Both the position numbers and the translations under genes were made by a program. This document shows positions 55,970-64,000 of a DNA stretch of 64,000 nt, piece by piece. This DNA comes from an uncultured delta proteobacterium. GTDB lineage: Bacteria; Desulfobacterota; Binatia; Binatales; Binataceae. The stretch lies in assembly GCA_963794325.1 (NCBI GenBank), contig CAWCDG010000004.1:1824001-1888000 (forward strand). Reading direction: 5' to 3'. How positions within the stretch are numbered: position 1 is the stretch's first letter; the number at the start of each line of letters is the position of its first letter. Below the pieces are notes generated by a model. The model searched no databases. It had not been told where the DNA came from and saw only the letters and a list, made by a program, of their open reading frames with translations.

Positions 55970-56809
55970 CTATCGGCTAAAATACCAGTGCGCCAATTGT
56001 GGCTGAAAGAGCGCGAACACGCCGGCGGCCAGCGCCAGGTACGGGCCGAACGGAACTTCGGTTTTCAGAATCGAGACGTCGGCTTCCTCTGGATCGGTAG
56101 CGGGTTCGCCGAGCGGACTGGGCGAAGTCGAACCGCCGCCAGTTAGCGCGAATGCAATTCCGCCCACTGCGCCGATTACCGAACCAAAAAACATCGTGAA
56201 GAAAACTCCCGGCCAGCCGAGAAATCCGCCCACCATCCCGAGCAGCCACACGTCGCCAAGGCCGACGCCCTCGCGCCCGCGCACCAGTTGGTAGAAGTAG
56301 CCGGTGCCCCACAGGACGCCGCCGCCGACGATGATTCCGATAAGCGAACTCTTCCAGCCGACGTCGGGCATCATCGTCGCCGCCGCGATAAATCCCACCA
56401 GCGTGCCGGGCCAGGTGATGATGTTCGGGATGAGCCGCCAGTCGTAGTCGATGATCGCGACGATCCACAGCGCGGCACATAAGACGAAGCGGGCGATCGC
56501 GTCGGGCAGAGGAAACGCGAAGTAGAGATACAGCGCGATGAGCGCCAGTCCGAGTTCGGCGAGGAAATGCCGGAACGGAATCGGCGCGCCGCACATCACG
56601 CATCGCCCTTTCAATCCGAGATAGGCCAGAATCGGGATGTTCGCCCACCATGGAATCGCGCGCTCGCAACTCTCGCAATACGATCGCGGCGTGACGATCG
56701 AAAGATCGCGTGGCAGCCGATAACCAACCATGCAGACGAAGCTGCCGACGCACGCGCCGAACACGAACGCAATCGCGCCGCCGATTCCGGTGGGCATGTC
56801 CATTGTCAT
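55970..56809 (-). CDS. pilD: Prepilin peptidase (A24)
   Basis: GSF..YRLP, CxxC pairs, IDYD, GLGDV, PFGPYL. Confidence 0.93.
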   Translation of the reverse strand: MTMDMPTGIGGAIAFVFGACVGSFVCMVGYRLPRDLSIVTPRSYCESCERAIPWWANIPILAYLGLKGRCVMCGAPIPFRHFLAELGLALIALYLYFAFPLPDAIARFVLCAALWIVAIIDYDWRLIPNIITWPGTLVGFIAAATMMPDVGWKSSLIGIIVGGGVLWGTGYFYQLVRGREGVGLGDVWLLGMVGGFLGWPGVFFTMFFGSVIGAVGGIAFALTGGGSTSPSPLGEPATDPEEADVSILKTEVPFGPYLALAAGVFALFQPQLAHWYFSR

Positions 56810-56833
56810 CGCGTCACCATAACATACCCGGCC

Positions 56834-58270
56834 TCAATGCCGCGCGGCGCAGAGGTCCATCGTCAAATCGTAGGTGGCTTTGATCCCGCGATTCAGATTG
56901 TCGACGGACAGTCGCTCGTCGTCACCGTGGATGCGCGAAATTTCTCCCTCGCCGAGAATCACCGGGACGAATCCGTACGCCGGCACGCCCTTGGCGCGGA
57001 TAAAGCGCGAGTCGGTGCCGCCGGTCGTCATCCACGGCACGACCCGCGCGTCTTCGAAATCGCTCGCAACGACGCGTTTGATCGCGTCCCACGCCTCGCC
57101 GGAACTCGGTGACGGCGGAGCGTCATCGGGCCGCTGTAAATAGTCGATCGTGAAGTCGCCGGGGCCGAGCAGATCGCGCAGGCGTTTCATGAACGCGCCG
57201 GCGTCGGTTCCGGGCAGCAGTCGGCAATCGAGTCCAGCCTCGGCCACCGTCGGCACGACGTTCACCTTGACCCCCGCGTTGAGCATCGTCAGCGAAATCG
57301 TATCGCGCATGAGCGCCTGGATGCTGTATGGGCTGAGCACGCCTTCCATCGCGGCATTCGCAACCCCGGGCCGTTCGAGATGCGCCAACTGGAACGACGC
57401 CGGACTCGGCTCGAGCGGCGCGATCGATTCCATCGCGTCGGCGAATATTTTGGTGATTCGAATCGGCGGCTGTTTCTCCAACAGCCGATGCAGCGCGTTG
57501 ATCAGAATCAGATTCGGATTGTCGGGCTTCGGCACCGATCCATGCCCGCCCTTGCCGCGGACGCTGATGTGCAGCCAGTTCACGCGCTTCTCCGAGACCG
57601 CGACGTTGAACGTGATGCCCTTGAGTCCGAGCCAGTCGGGCGCGCCTTCGCCGCCTTCGTTGAACGCAAACGCCGGATGGATCGCGTCCCAATGATTTTT
57701 CACCATCCATCCCGCGCCGTTCTCTCCGCCCGCCTCTTCGTCGGGATTGATCATCATCTCGACGCCGCGCCTGAGCGCGACGTGATTGCGCTTGAGCGCG
57801 AGCAGCGTCATCAGCGCCATGATCCCGTGCGCCTTGTTGTCGATCGCGCCGCGCGCGTACACGTAGCCGTCGGCGATGTCGGCGCCGAACGGCTTATGCG
57901 TCCAGTTGGCGGCGACTGTCGGCACCACATCGCCATGCGACATCAGCAGCAGCGGTTTCACGCCGGCGGGACCGGGGATTCGCGCGACGAGCGTCACCAT
58001 CCCGGGCTTGCTTTCGAAAGTTTCGCTCGCGATCCCCTCCTTGTCGAGAATCGATTTGAGATAGCCCATCGCTGCCGCAGTGTTGCTCGGCGGATTGGTG
58101 GTATCGAAGCGCAGATAGGTGCGGAAATCTTCGAGCGCCTCGGAATTTACTTTGTTCCAATCAATCTGCGGCGCACTCTGGGCAAAAGACGTAGCCGCGA
58201 AAGCGAGCAGCGCGGCCATTGCGCAAAAAAGTCTCACTACAATGTCGGATCGGCAGATCATCGCTGGCAT
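56834..58270 (-). CDS. Exported M20/M25/M40 metallopeptidase
   Basis: Signal peptide, SHGDVVP, RGAIDNK, DEEAGG, GHGS, GGTD, IHGDDER. Start position uncertain. Confidence 0.9.
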   Translation of the reverse strand: MPAMICRSDIVVRLFCAMAALLAFAATSFAQSAPQIDWNKVNSEALEDFRTYLRFDTTNPPSNTAAAMGYLKSILDKEGIASETFESKPGMVTLVARIPGPAGVKPLLLMSHGDVVPTVAANWTHKPFGADIADGYVYARGAIDNKAHGIMALMTLLALKRNHVALRRGVEMMINPDEEAGGENGAGWMVKNHWDAIHPAFAFNEGGEGAPDWLGLKGITFNVAVSEKRVNWLHISVRGKGGHGSVPKPDNPNLILINALHRLLEKQPPIRITKIFADAMESIAPLEPSPASFQLAHLERPGVANAAMEGVLSPYSIQALMRDTISLTMLNAGVKVNVVPTVAEAGLDCRLLPGTDAGAFMKRLRDLLGPGDFTIDYLQRPDDAPPSPSSGEAWDAIKRVVASDFEDARVVPWMTTGGTDSRFIRAKGVPAYGFVPVILGEGEISRIHGDDERLSVDNLNRGIKATYDLTMDLCAARH

Positions 58271-59091
58271 TTCGGACAATAGAAACTCGCGCGCTGGCCC
58301 ACGATTACATTTCTAATCGGCGTCGAGCATGTGTAGCACGGTTCTCCCTCGCGACCGTACACGCGCAGGCGCGTCGCGAATCGCCCCGGCTGTCCGCGCG
58401 AATCGCGGTAGCTGCGAAACGTCGTGCCGTTGCCGCCGATCGCAGCGCGCAGAATAACCGGCACCGCTGCCGCGATTTTTTCGATCTCGCTTCGCGTCAC
58501 GCGGCCGGCACGCCTCGTCGGACGCACTCCCGCCCGAAATAAAATCTCGGACGCGTAGATATTTCCGATACCGGCGACGATTCGCTGATCCATTATCAAA
58601 TTCTTGATCGCGCCGGTTCGGCCGCGCGCTTTGTCGCCAAGATAATTGGCATTGAATGCTCGCGACAACGGCTCGGGGCCAAGGCCCTTGAGCTCCGCGG
58701 TGGAAGCCAACGCGGCGCGCTCGACCAGCAGGACCATCCCGAAGCGCCGCGGATCGTTGTAAACCAGCTGCGACGCGTCGTCCAGCGAAAATTCGAGATG
58801 GTCGTGGCGTGGATCGAAGTCGCCGGCGTCGAAGCCGCGGTGCCGATGCGTCAAGCTGCCGGACATTCCGAGGTGTACGAGGATCACGTGGTCGCCGTCG
58901 AGTTCGATGATCAGATATTTCGCGCGCCGCGACAGCTTCACGATTCGCCGGCCTTCCACGGTTGCGGAAAAATCCTGAGTGACGCGGCGGCGCAGCCGCT
59001 TCTCGCCGATTCGCACGCTCACGATCGTTCGGCCGACCGCGGTGCGAACCAGTATCCGGCGCAGCGATTCGACTTCCGGCAGTTCAGGCAT
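58258..59091 (-). CDS. mutM: Formamidopyrimidine-DNA glycosylase
   Basis: MPELPEVE, HLGMSG, DPRRFG, GIGNIY, C-terminal zinc finger. Confidence 0.97.
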   Translation of the reverse strand: MPELPEVESLRRILVRTAVGRTIVSVRIGEKRLRRRVTQDFSATVEGRRIVKLSRRAKYLIIELDGDHVILVHLGMSGSLTHRHRGFDAGDFDPRHDHLEFSLDDASQLVYNDPRRFGMVLLVERAALASTAELKGLGPEPLSRAFNANYLGDKARGRTGAIKNLIMDQRIVAGIGNIYASEILFRAGVRPTRRAGRVTRSEIEKIAAAVPVILRAAIGGNGTTFRSYRDSRGQPGRFATRLRVYGREGEPCYTCSTPIRNVIVGQRASFYCPKCQR

Positions 59092-59971
59092 CGCGCGCGA
59101 CGATCCTGCCGTTTAGTTCGATGCGCAGCGCATGCGCGAGTCTCAGAAAATCCGGCACGCCGAGCTTCTCCGCGCGCGTGCCAGGATCGATCGCTGCGCG
59201 TTCGATCGCCCGCACGGTCCGGGTGCTGTCGATTCCCAGCGCATGGCTGATCGCGTTGCGAATCGTCTTGCGCGGCGCAGAGAACGACGCGCGCACGGTC
59301 TCGAGCACGTCGCGCTCGTCATCGTCAGCAAACCACCGCTTCGCATGGGGCGCGAACGCCAGAACTTCGGCATCAACCTTCGGCCGCGGATGGAAGCTGC
59401 CGGCGGCGACGGTGAAATGCAGATCGATCTTCCAATACAGCGCGGTGAACACGCTGAGCGCGCCATACGCATCGTCGCCGGCCGTCGCGCGGATTCGCGC
59501 GGCGACCTCGCGCTGGAACATCAGCACCATTCTGGAAATCAGGCGCGAGTTGTCGCTCAGCTTCCGCAGGATCGCAGCCGCGACGTTGAACGGGAGATTG
59601 CCGATTACCTTGACCGCCGAATCGCTCACCAGTGCCGCGAAATCGATAGCGAGAAAATCCGCGTTGACCACGCGAACGTCAGCGAAGCGCTCCTGGAGCC
59701 GAGCTGCGAGACGCGCGTCAAGTTCCACCAGCGTTAGCGAGCGTCGCGGCCGCGTTACGATTTTTTCAGTCAGGATGCCGAGGCCCGGGCCTATCTCGAT
59801 GACCGAATCCGTTTCGGATAGCCGCGCCGCGGCGACAATTCGATCTGCGACGCCGGTGCTGGTCAAAAAATTCTGGCCGCGCGACTTTGCCGGACGTACG
59901 CCGACTCGCGCCAACGCTGGCGCTGGACGCGACGGTGTCTCGAGTACGTGCGATTTTCGTGCGGTCGTCAT
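59084..59971 (-). CDS. rsmA: 16S rRNA dimethyltransferase RsmA/KsgA
   Basis: GQNFL, EIGPGLG, GNLPFN, MFQREVA, PRPKVD. Confidence 0.96.
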   Translation of the reverse strand: MTTARKSHVLETPSRPAPALARVGVRPAKSRGQNFLTSTGVADRIVAAARLSETDSVIEIGPGLGILTEKIVTRPRRSLTLVELDARLAARLQERFADVRVVNADFLAIDFAALVSDSAVKVIGNLPFNVAAAILRKLSDNSRLISRMVLMFQREVAARIRATAGDDAYGALSVFTALYWKIDLHFTVAAGSFHPRPKVDAEVLAFAPHAKRWFADDDERDVLETVRASFSAPRKTIRNAISHALGIDSTRTVRAIERAAIDPGTRAEKLGVPDFLRLAHALRIELNGRIVARDA

Positions 59972-59981
59972 CGATTCGATT

Positions 59982-60986
59982 TCACAGCGCGAGATTCGCT
60001 TCCGCGTCGATGCTCAAGGCGTCGCGCTCCCCGCGCATCAAGCGGTAGCTGCCCGCGAGCGCGATCATCGCCGCATTGTCGGTGCAGTATTTCAGCGCCG
60101 GTGCGACCAGCCGGCGTCCGTCAGCCGCCGCGGCTTCGGCGAGCCTGTCGCGCAATCTCGAATTTGCCGCAACGCCGCCGGTCAGCGCGATGGTGTCCGC
60201 GCCCAGCTCGCGCGCCGCCGCGATCGTTGGCTTCACCAGCATCTCGACGACCGCTTCCTGAAAGCTCGCCGCGAGATCCTCAGGCCGCTCGGCGCGCCCG
60301 TTCTCGCTCGCCAGAATCGTCGCGACTGCGGTCTTCACGCCGCTGAAACTGAAATCCATCGGCGCGCCTTTGACGTGCGCCCGCGGGATTCGCACACTCT
60401 TTCGATTTCCGCGGCGCGACAGTTCGTCGATCGCGCGACCGCCCGGGTAGCCGAGCCCCATCAGTTTCGCGACCTTGTCGAACGCTTCGCCGGCCGCATC
60501 GTCGCGCGTGCGTCCGATACGCCGGTAGCGTCCGAAATCCTCGACTGCGAACAGCGCAGTGTGACCGCCCGACACGACCAGCGCCAGGTACGGCATCGCG
60601 ATTCGATTCTCGAGCAACGGCGCCAGCAGATGCCCTTCGATATGATTCACGCCGACCATAGCGACTCCGCTCGCCTGCGCCAGGCCCTTCGCGAACATCA
60701 GGCCGACCAGCAGCGAGCCGACCAGGCCCGGACCGCGCGTCACCGCGATTCCCTCGACGTCGCTGAGGCGGCGTCCGGCGGCGTCAAGCGCGCGCTCGAT
60801 CACGGGCGCGATCGTGATGACGTGATTGCGCGACGCGAGTTCCGGCACGATACCGCCGTATGCGCGATGGATGTCGTCCTGGTTCGCGACGGTGCTCGAG
60901 CGAATTTCCGCGATACCCGGCGTACTCGTTTCGATCACCGCGGCCGCAGCGTCATCGCATGAAGATTCAATTCCCAGTATCAGCAT
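59982..60986 (-). CDS. tsaD: tRNA threonylcarbamoyltransferase TsaD
   Basis: LGIESSCDD, GGIVPELASR, NHIEGH, SGGHT, DDAAGEAFDK, TDNAAMIA. Confidence 0.97.
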   Translation of the reverse strand: MLILGIESSCDDAAAAVIETSTPGIAEIRSSTVANQDDIHRAYGGIVPELASRNHVITIAPVIERALDAAGRRLSDVEGIAVTRGPGLVGSLLVGLMFAKGLAQASGVAMVGVNHIEGHLLAPLLENRIAMPYLALVVSGGHTALFAVEDFGRYRRIGRTRDDAAGEAFDKVAKLMGLGYPGGRAIDELSRRGNRKSVRIPRAHVKGAPMDFSFSGVKTAVATILASENGRAERPEDLAASFQEAVVEMLVKPTIAAARELGADTIALTGGVAANSRLRDRLAEAAAADGRRLVAPALKYCTDNAAMIALAGSYRLMRGERDALSIDAEANLAL

Positions 60987-61196
60987 CGCAAGTTTGATCA
61001 GAATGACACAAAAAGACGACGACACAAAAAGTGCGAGAGCAGGCTTTCGCAGAACTGTCACTATCCCGCGTGCAACAGTTTGTAGAAGACGTGCTACTAA
61101 AAGTAGTCGTAGCACGTCTCATTCCGAATGACTAAATCCGAAAAAACCACCGAAATCAAAAACGATTCTGCGCCATGTGAATTTCTTACTTTTGTC

Positions 61197-61211
61197 TGGC
61201 ACTGAGATTGC
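61197..61211 (+). promoter_or_regulatory. Sigma54 (-24/-12) promoter
   Basis: TGGCAC-TGAGA-TTGC matches the consensus, ending 26 nt before the ATG, in an AT-rich intergenic region. Confidence 0.75.
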
Positions 61212-61237
61212 GATTCAAGGGGCTGAGGGAGGTACCC

Positions 61238-61786
61238 ATGAAATTACAAAACATCCGAACAACCACCGCCGCCGGGGCCCTCGTCATCGCCGCGCTGATA
61301 GGCGCGTCACCGGCCCATGCCCAATCGCAACCGGCCTCGGATAGCGGGGCCGTTCCAGTGGCGTACGCACCACCGGTGGCGAAAACGACGCTGCGGCAAA
61401 AGGTCAATACGCTAATCACCAAGCTCACTCCCGAGCGAATCAAGCGCGACATCGAATTCCGGAAGGCGTCCGCGCTGTTCCCGGACTTTTGCAAACATTG
61501 GGAGCAGGATTTGCACGAGCGTGAGACGAATAATCTGTCGAAATTGGAATTCGTTCCAAGAGAAGGTTTCGAGACCGCGACCTATACCGGCTATGGGAAG
61601 ATTACGGCCTGCGAATCACATCAATCCAGGGACGGCTACTCGATCGGAAAGGTTACCTACGAGGAATACACCTACTCCCTCTCCGGCAAGTCTGCGGACG
61701 AAGCCCGGCACGCGGCGCCGAAGGCGATCAACGACCTTCGCACCACGGAAATTTTCCGCTGGGACAAGGACAAGTGGTTCTACTAG
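61238..61786 (+). CDS. Hypothetical secreted protein
   Basis: SD GGAGG, signal peptide ending AHA, two Cys, ends FRWDKDKWFY. Confidence 0.8.
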   Translation: MKLQNIRTTTAAGALVIAALIGASPAHAQSQPASDSGAVPVAYAPPVAKTTLRQKVNTLITKLTPERIKRDIEFRKASALFPDFCKHWEQDLHERETNNLSKLEFVPREGFETATYTGYGKITACESHQSRDGYSIGKVTYEEYTYSLSGKSADEARHAAPKAINDLRTTEIFRWDKDKWFY

Positions 61787-61795
61787 GCCACCAAA

Positions 61796-62758
61796 TCAGT
61801 TCGCGGTTGGCGGAGGCGCCGATGATGGCGCCGGCGGAACGGGCGGTTCGTCGGGCGCCGTCGGAATTGCGGGACCCGCGGGCGCCGGCTGGTCGAGATC
61901 GCCGACGGGCCCGGCAGGTGCCGCCGCGCTAGTTGAGGCCGGCAGGAATGCCGACAGCCGCGTGACGCCGACGCGCGCCGTCAGGTTGCCCGGACTCGCG
62001 CCGAGCGCCTTCTGATATGCAGCGACCGCGTCCGCGGATTTGCCTACCTGCTCGAGGCACACACCCTCGAACGCGTAGGTCTCACCGAGCCACGCGGAAT
62101 TTGACGCGACGCCGATTTCCGCGCGTTTGAAAAACGTCAGCGCCTGCCCGTAGTCCTTGCGCGCGATGTACGCGCGGCCCAAATAAAAGTACGCGTACGA
62201 GTTGCTCGGATCGATCGAGATCGCATGCGCCAGCTCGCGAATCGCGTCGTCAACGTGCCCGCGGTCGAGCTCGATACGCTGCTGTTCGGTGATTCTCAAG
62301 GACGCGGCGCGCGCGGGAGTTGGCGCAGTATCGATCAGCGGCGCGAGCGACGAGTCGCTGATTTGCGGCGTGGTCGCGATCGATCCGACGTCTATCGCCG
62401 GCGCAACATCGGCGGGATTTACCGGTGACGCCTGTGCCGCAGGTTGCACCTGATTGGAGGCCGGCGATTGAGGCTCATCGGGCGCCGCCTTTCCGGGAGG
62501 CACCGAGACCCACTCGCCGGAATCAGAATTTGCATCGGGATTTGTATCGGCGCCGGGGGATGACACCGCGGCGGGACTCGTTACCGCAGCGGGACTAGCT
62601 CCAGCGGCGGGACTTGGCGCCGCGAGATCCTGCGCCGGAATCGATTCCTCGTGCAATTCCGCCAGGACTATTGGGCGTCCTGCCGCGAATGACACGCCCG
62701 CAGAAATCGGCAGCATCGAGAGAATTATTGCGACAGCAAATTGGCCCAATCGCATCAT
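61796..62758 (-). CDS. Exported TPR protein with Pro/Ala/Ser-rich linkers
   Basis: Signal peptide, low-complexity linker, about 3 TPRs (AYFYLGRAY, AYQKAL), Pro-rich tail. Confidence 0.85.
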   Translation of the reverse strand: MMRLGQFAVAIILSMLPISAGVSFAAGRPIVLAELHEESIPAQDLAAPSPAAGASPAAVTSPAAVSSPGADTNPDANSDSGEWVSVPPGKAAPDEPQSPASNQVQPAAQASPVNPADVAPAIDVGSIATTPQISDSSLAPLIDTAPTPARAASLRITEQQRIELDRGHVDDAIRELAHAISIDPSNSYAYFYLGRAYIARKDYGQALTFFKRAEIGVASNSAWLGETYAFEGVCLEQVGKSADAVAAYQKALGASPGNLTARVGVTRLSAFLPASTSAAAPAGPVGDLDQPAPAGPAIPTAPDEPPVPPAPSSAPPPTAN

Positions 62759-62766
62759 CGCGCACA

Positions 62767-64000
62767 CTAATCATTCGGATCAGCTACCGGATTTGGCTCC
62801 GCCGGCATCTTGTGATCCACGGCCGTCAACGACGTCGGTGAAGTATGATACGGGCAGTCTTGAGTTGGCGCCATCCCCTCCGGAAACACGCCCTCCATCG
62901 TGATCGGGCAATAGGGCGTCGCCAGGTAGCCGGTGGTCGGATCGATTTTTACCTCGACGATTCCCGGTGGAGCGGTGAAATCGAGCGCAGGACGCGACGC
63001 CGTCGCCGCCTTCATGAAAGCGGTCCAGGCCGGCAGTGATGCTTGCGCGCCGGTCAGCCCCAGCTCTTCTTTTTGATCGAATCCGGTCCAGACCACCGTC
63101 AGAAGATTCGGCGTGAAGCCCGCGAACCACGCATCCTTGGCGTCGTTGGTGGTGCCGGTCTTGCCGGCGGCCGGCCGCATGAATCCCATCGTGCGCGCGC
63201 CCGCGCCGGTGCCGTGATTGATCACGTTTTCGAGCATGAACTGCATCATGTAGGCGAGCTGGGGCGAGATGACCTGCTGCGCCGCAAGTTCGTGACCCTC
63301 GATCACCTTGTTGTTCTCGTCCACGACTGAGGTGACGGCGTAAGGCTGGATTTCCATTCCGTCGTTGGCAATCACCGCGTAGGCGCGCGCGACCTGCATC
63401 GGCGAGACTTCGATTCCGCCGAGCACGATCGATGGATACGCAGGCAAGTCGCCAAAGCCGAGCTTCGACGCCATCGCGCGGATTCGATCGAGTCCGACAC
63501 TGTTGGCCAGCCGCGCCGTCGCGGAGTTGAGCGACTCGCCGAGCGCGAACTCGAGCGTGACGTGCCCGAAGAATCGATCGCGATAGTTATTCGGTGTCCA
63601 GCTCATGTCGCCGTACTGCCAGGTGAACGGCGCGTCCTCGATATAGGTAGTCGGGAAAAACTTTTCCGCGCCTCCCGACAGAGTCTCGTCGAAGGCCGCA
63701 AGGTACGTCACCGGCTTGAAGACCGAACCGGGCTGACGTTTGGACTGAGTAACGCGATTGAACTGGCTCGCGCGGTAATCGCGTCCACCGGCCATCGCGC
63801 GGATCTTGCCGCTCTGCGGCTCGAGCGAGACCAGGCAGGACTCGAGGCGCTGATTCGCCTCGCGCCGGACCAGCTTGGGATGCTTGGCTTCGAGGTCACT
63901 GAGATTGTGTGCGATCGAGGCCTCGGCGAGCTTCTCCAGGTGCACATCGAGCGAGGTGAAGATGCGCAAACCCTCGCCGTTCAGCACCTGCGCGGGATAT
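62767..64000 (-). CDS. mrcB: Class A penicillin-binding protein (PBP1B-like), transpeptidase domain, 5' end outside window
   Basis: RQPGSVFKP (SxxK), SLN, AGKTGTTND, DAWFAGF. Confidence 0.85.
   Translation of the reverse strand, partial: YPAQVLNGEGLRIFTSLDVHLEKLAEASIAHNLSDLEAKHPKLVRREANQRLESCLVSLEPQSGKIRAMAGGRDYRASQFNRVTQSKRQPGSVFKPVTYLAAFDETLSGGAEKFFPTTYIEDAPFTWQYGDMSWTPNNYRDRFFGHVTLEFALGESLNSATARLANSVGLDRIRAMASKLGFGDLPAYPSIVLGGIEVSPMQVARAYAVIANDGMEIQPYAVTSVVDENNKVIEGHELAAQQVISPQLAYMMQFMLENVINHGTGAGARTMGFMRPAAGKTGTTNDAKDAWFAGFTPNLLTVVWTGFDQKEELGLTGAQASLPAWTAFMKAATASRPALDFTAPPGIVEVKIDPTTGYLATPYCPITMEGVFPEGMAPTQDCPYHTSPTSLTAVDHKMPAEPNPVADPND

Noticed and set aside
59121-60962. 613-aa plus-strand ORF, and similar long antisense ORFs such as 6227-7486 and 26816-27895
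   Set aside because: They mirror rsmA/tsaD, pgk and acr3, have no recognisable motifs, and are expected in high-GC DNA.

Overview
GC-rich (about 60-65% by eye) diderm bacterial chromosome segment. Gene content and style resemble Candidatus Binatota or other deltaproteobacteria-like soil lineages; this is inference, no search was run. The housekeeping backbone is tolQ (partial), gap-pgk-tpiA-secG-tRNA-Leu(GAG), sppA, metG-tatD, and the tsaD-rsmA-mutM-M20-pilD-tmk-holB-ricT run, ending in a partial PBP1B-type gene. Accessory genes include four class III nucleotide cyclases, a Fic protein, an ars operon, an ECF sigma plus Ogt/Ada-Zn module, and three small tandem paralog clusters. The most striking structure is a 7.4-kb array of four secreted beta-helix proteins (45938-53292) lying in reverse orientation between ricT and metG. 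Each has its own promoter and a conserved hairpin leader, with an orphan fifth leader upstream. They show hypervariable loops, mosaic sequence relationships and a conserved C-terminal domain ending in GNQIPxPGHGVRR plus an Arg-rich tail. Intergenic spaces carry at least four families of REP/MITE-like palindromic repeats, one with compensatory base changes. I saw no CRISPR array, integrase, transposase or reverse transcriptase.
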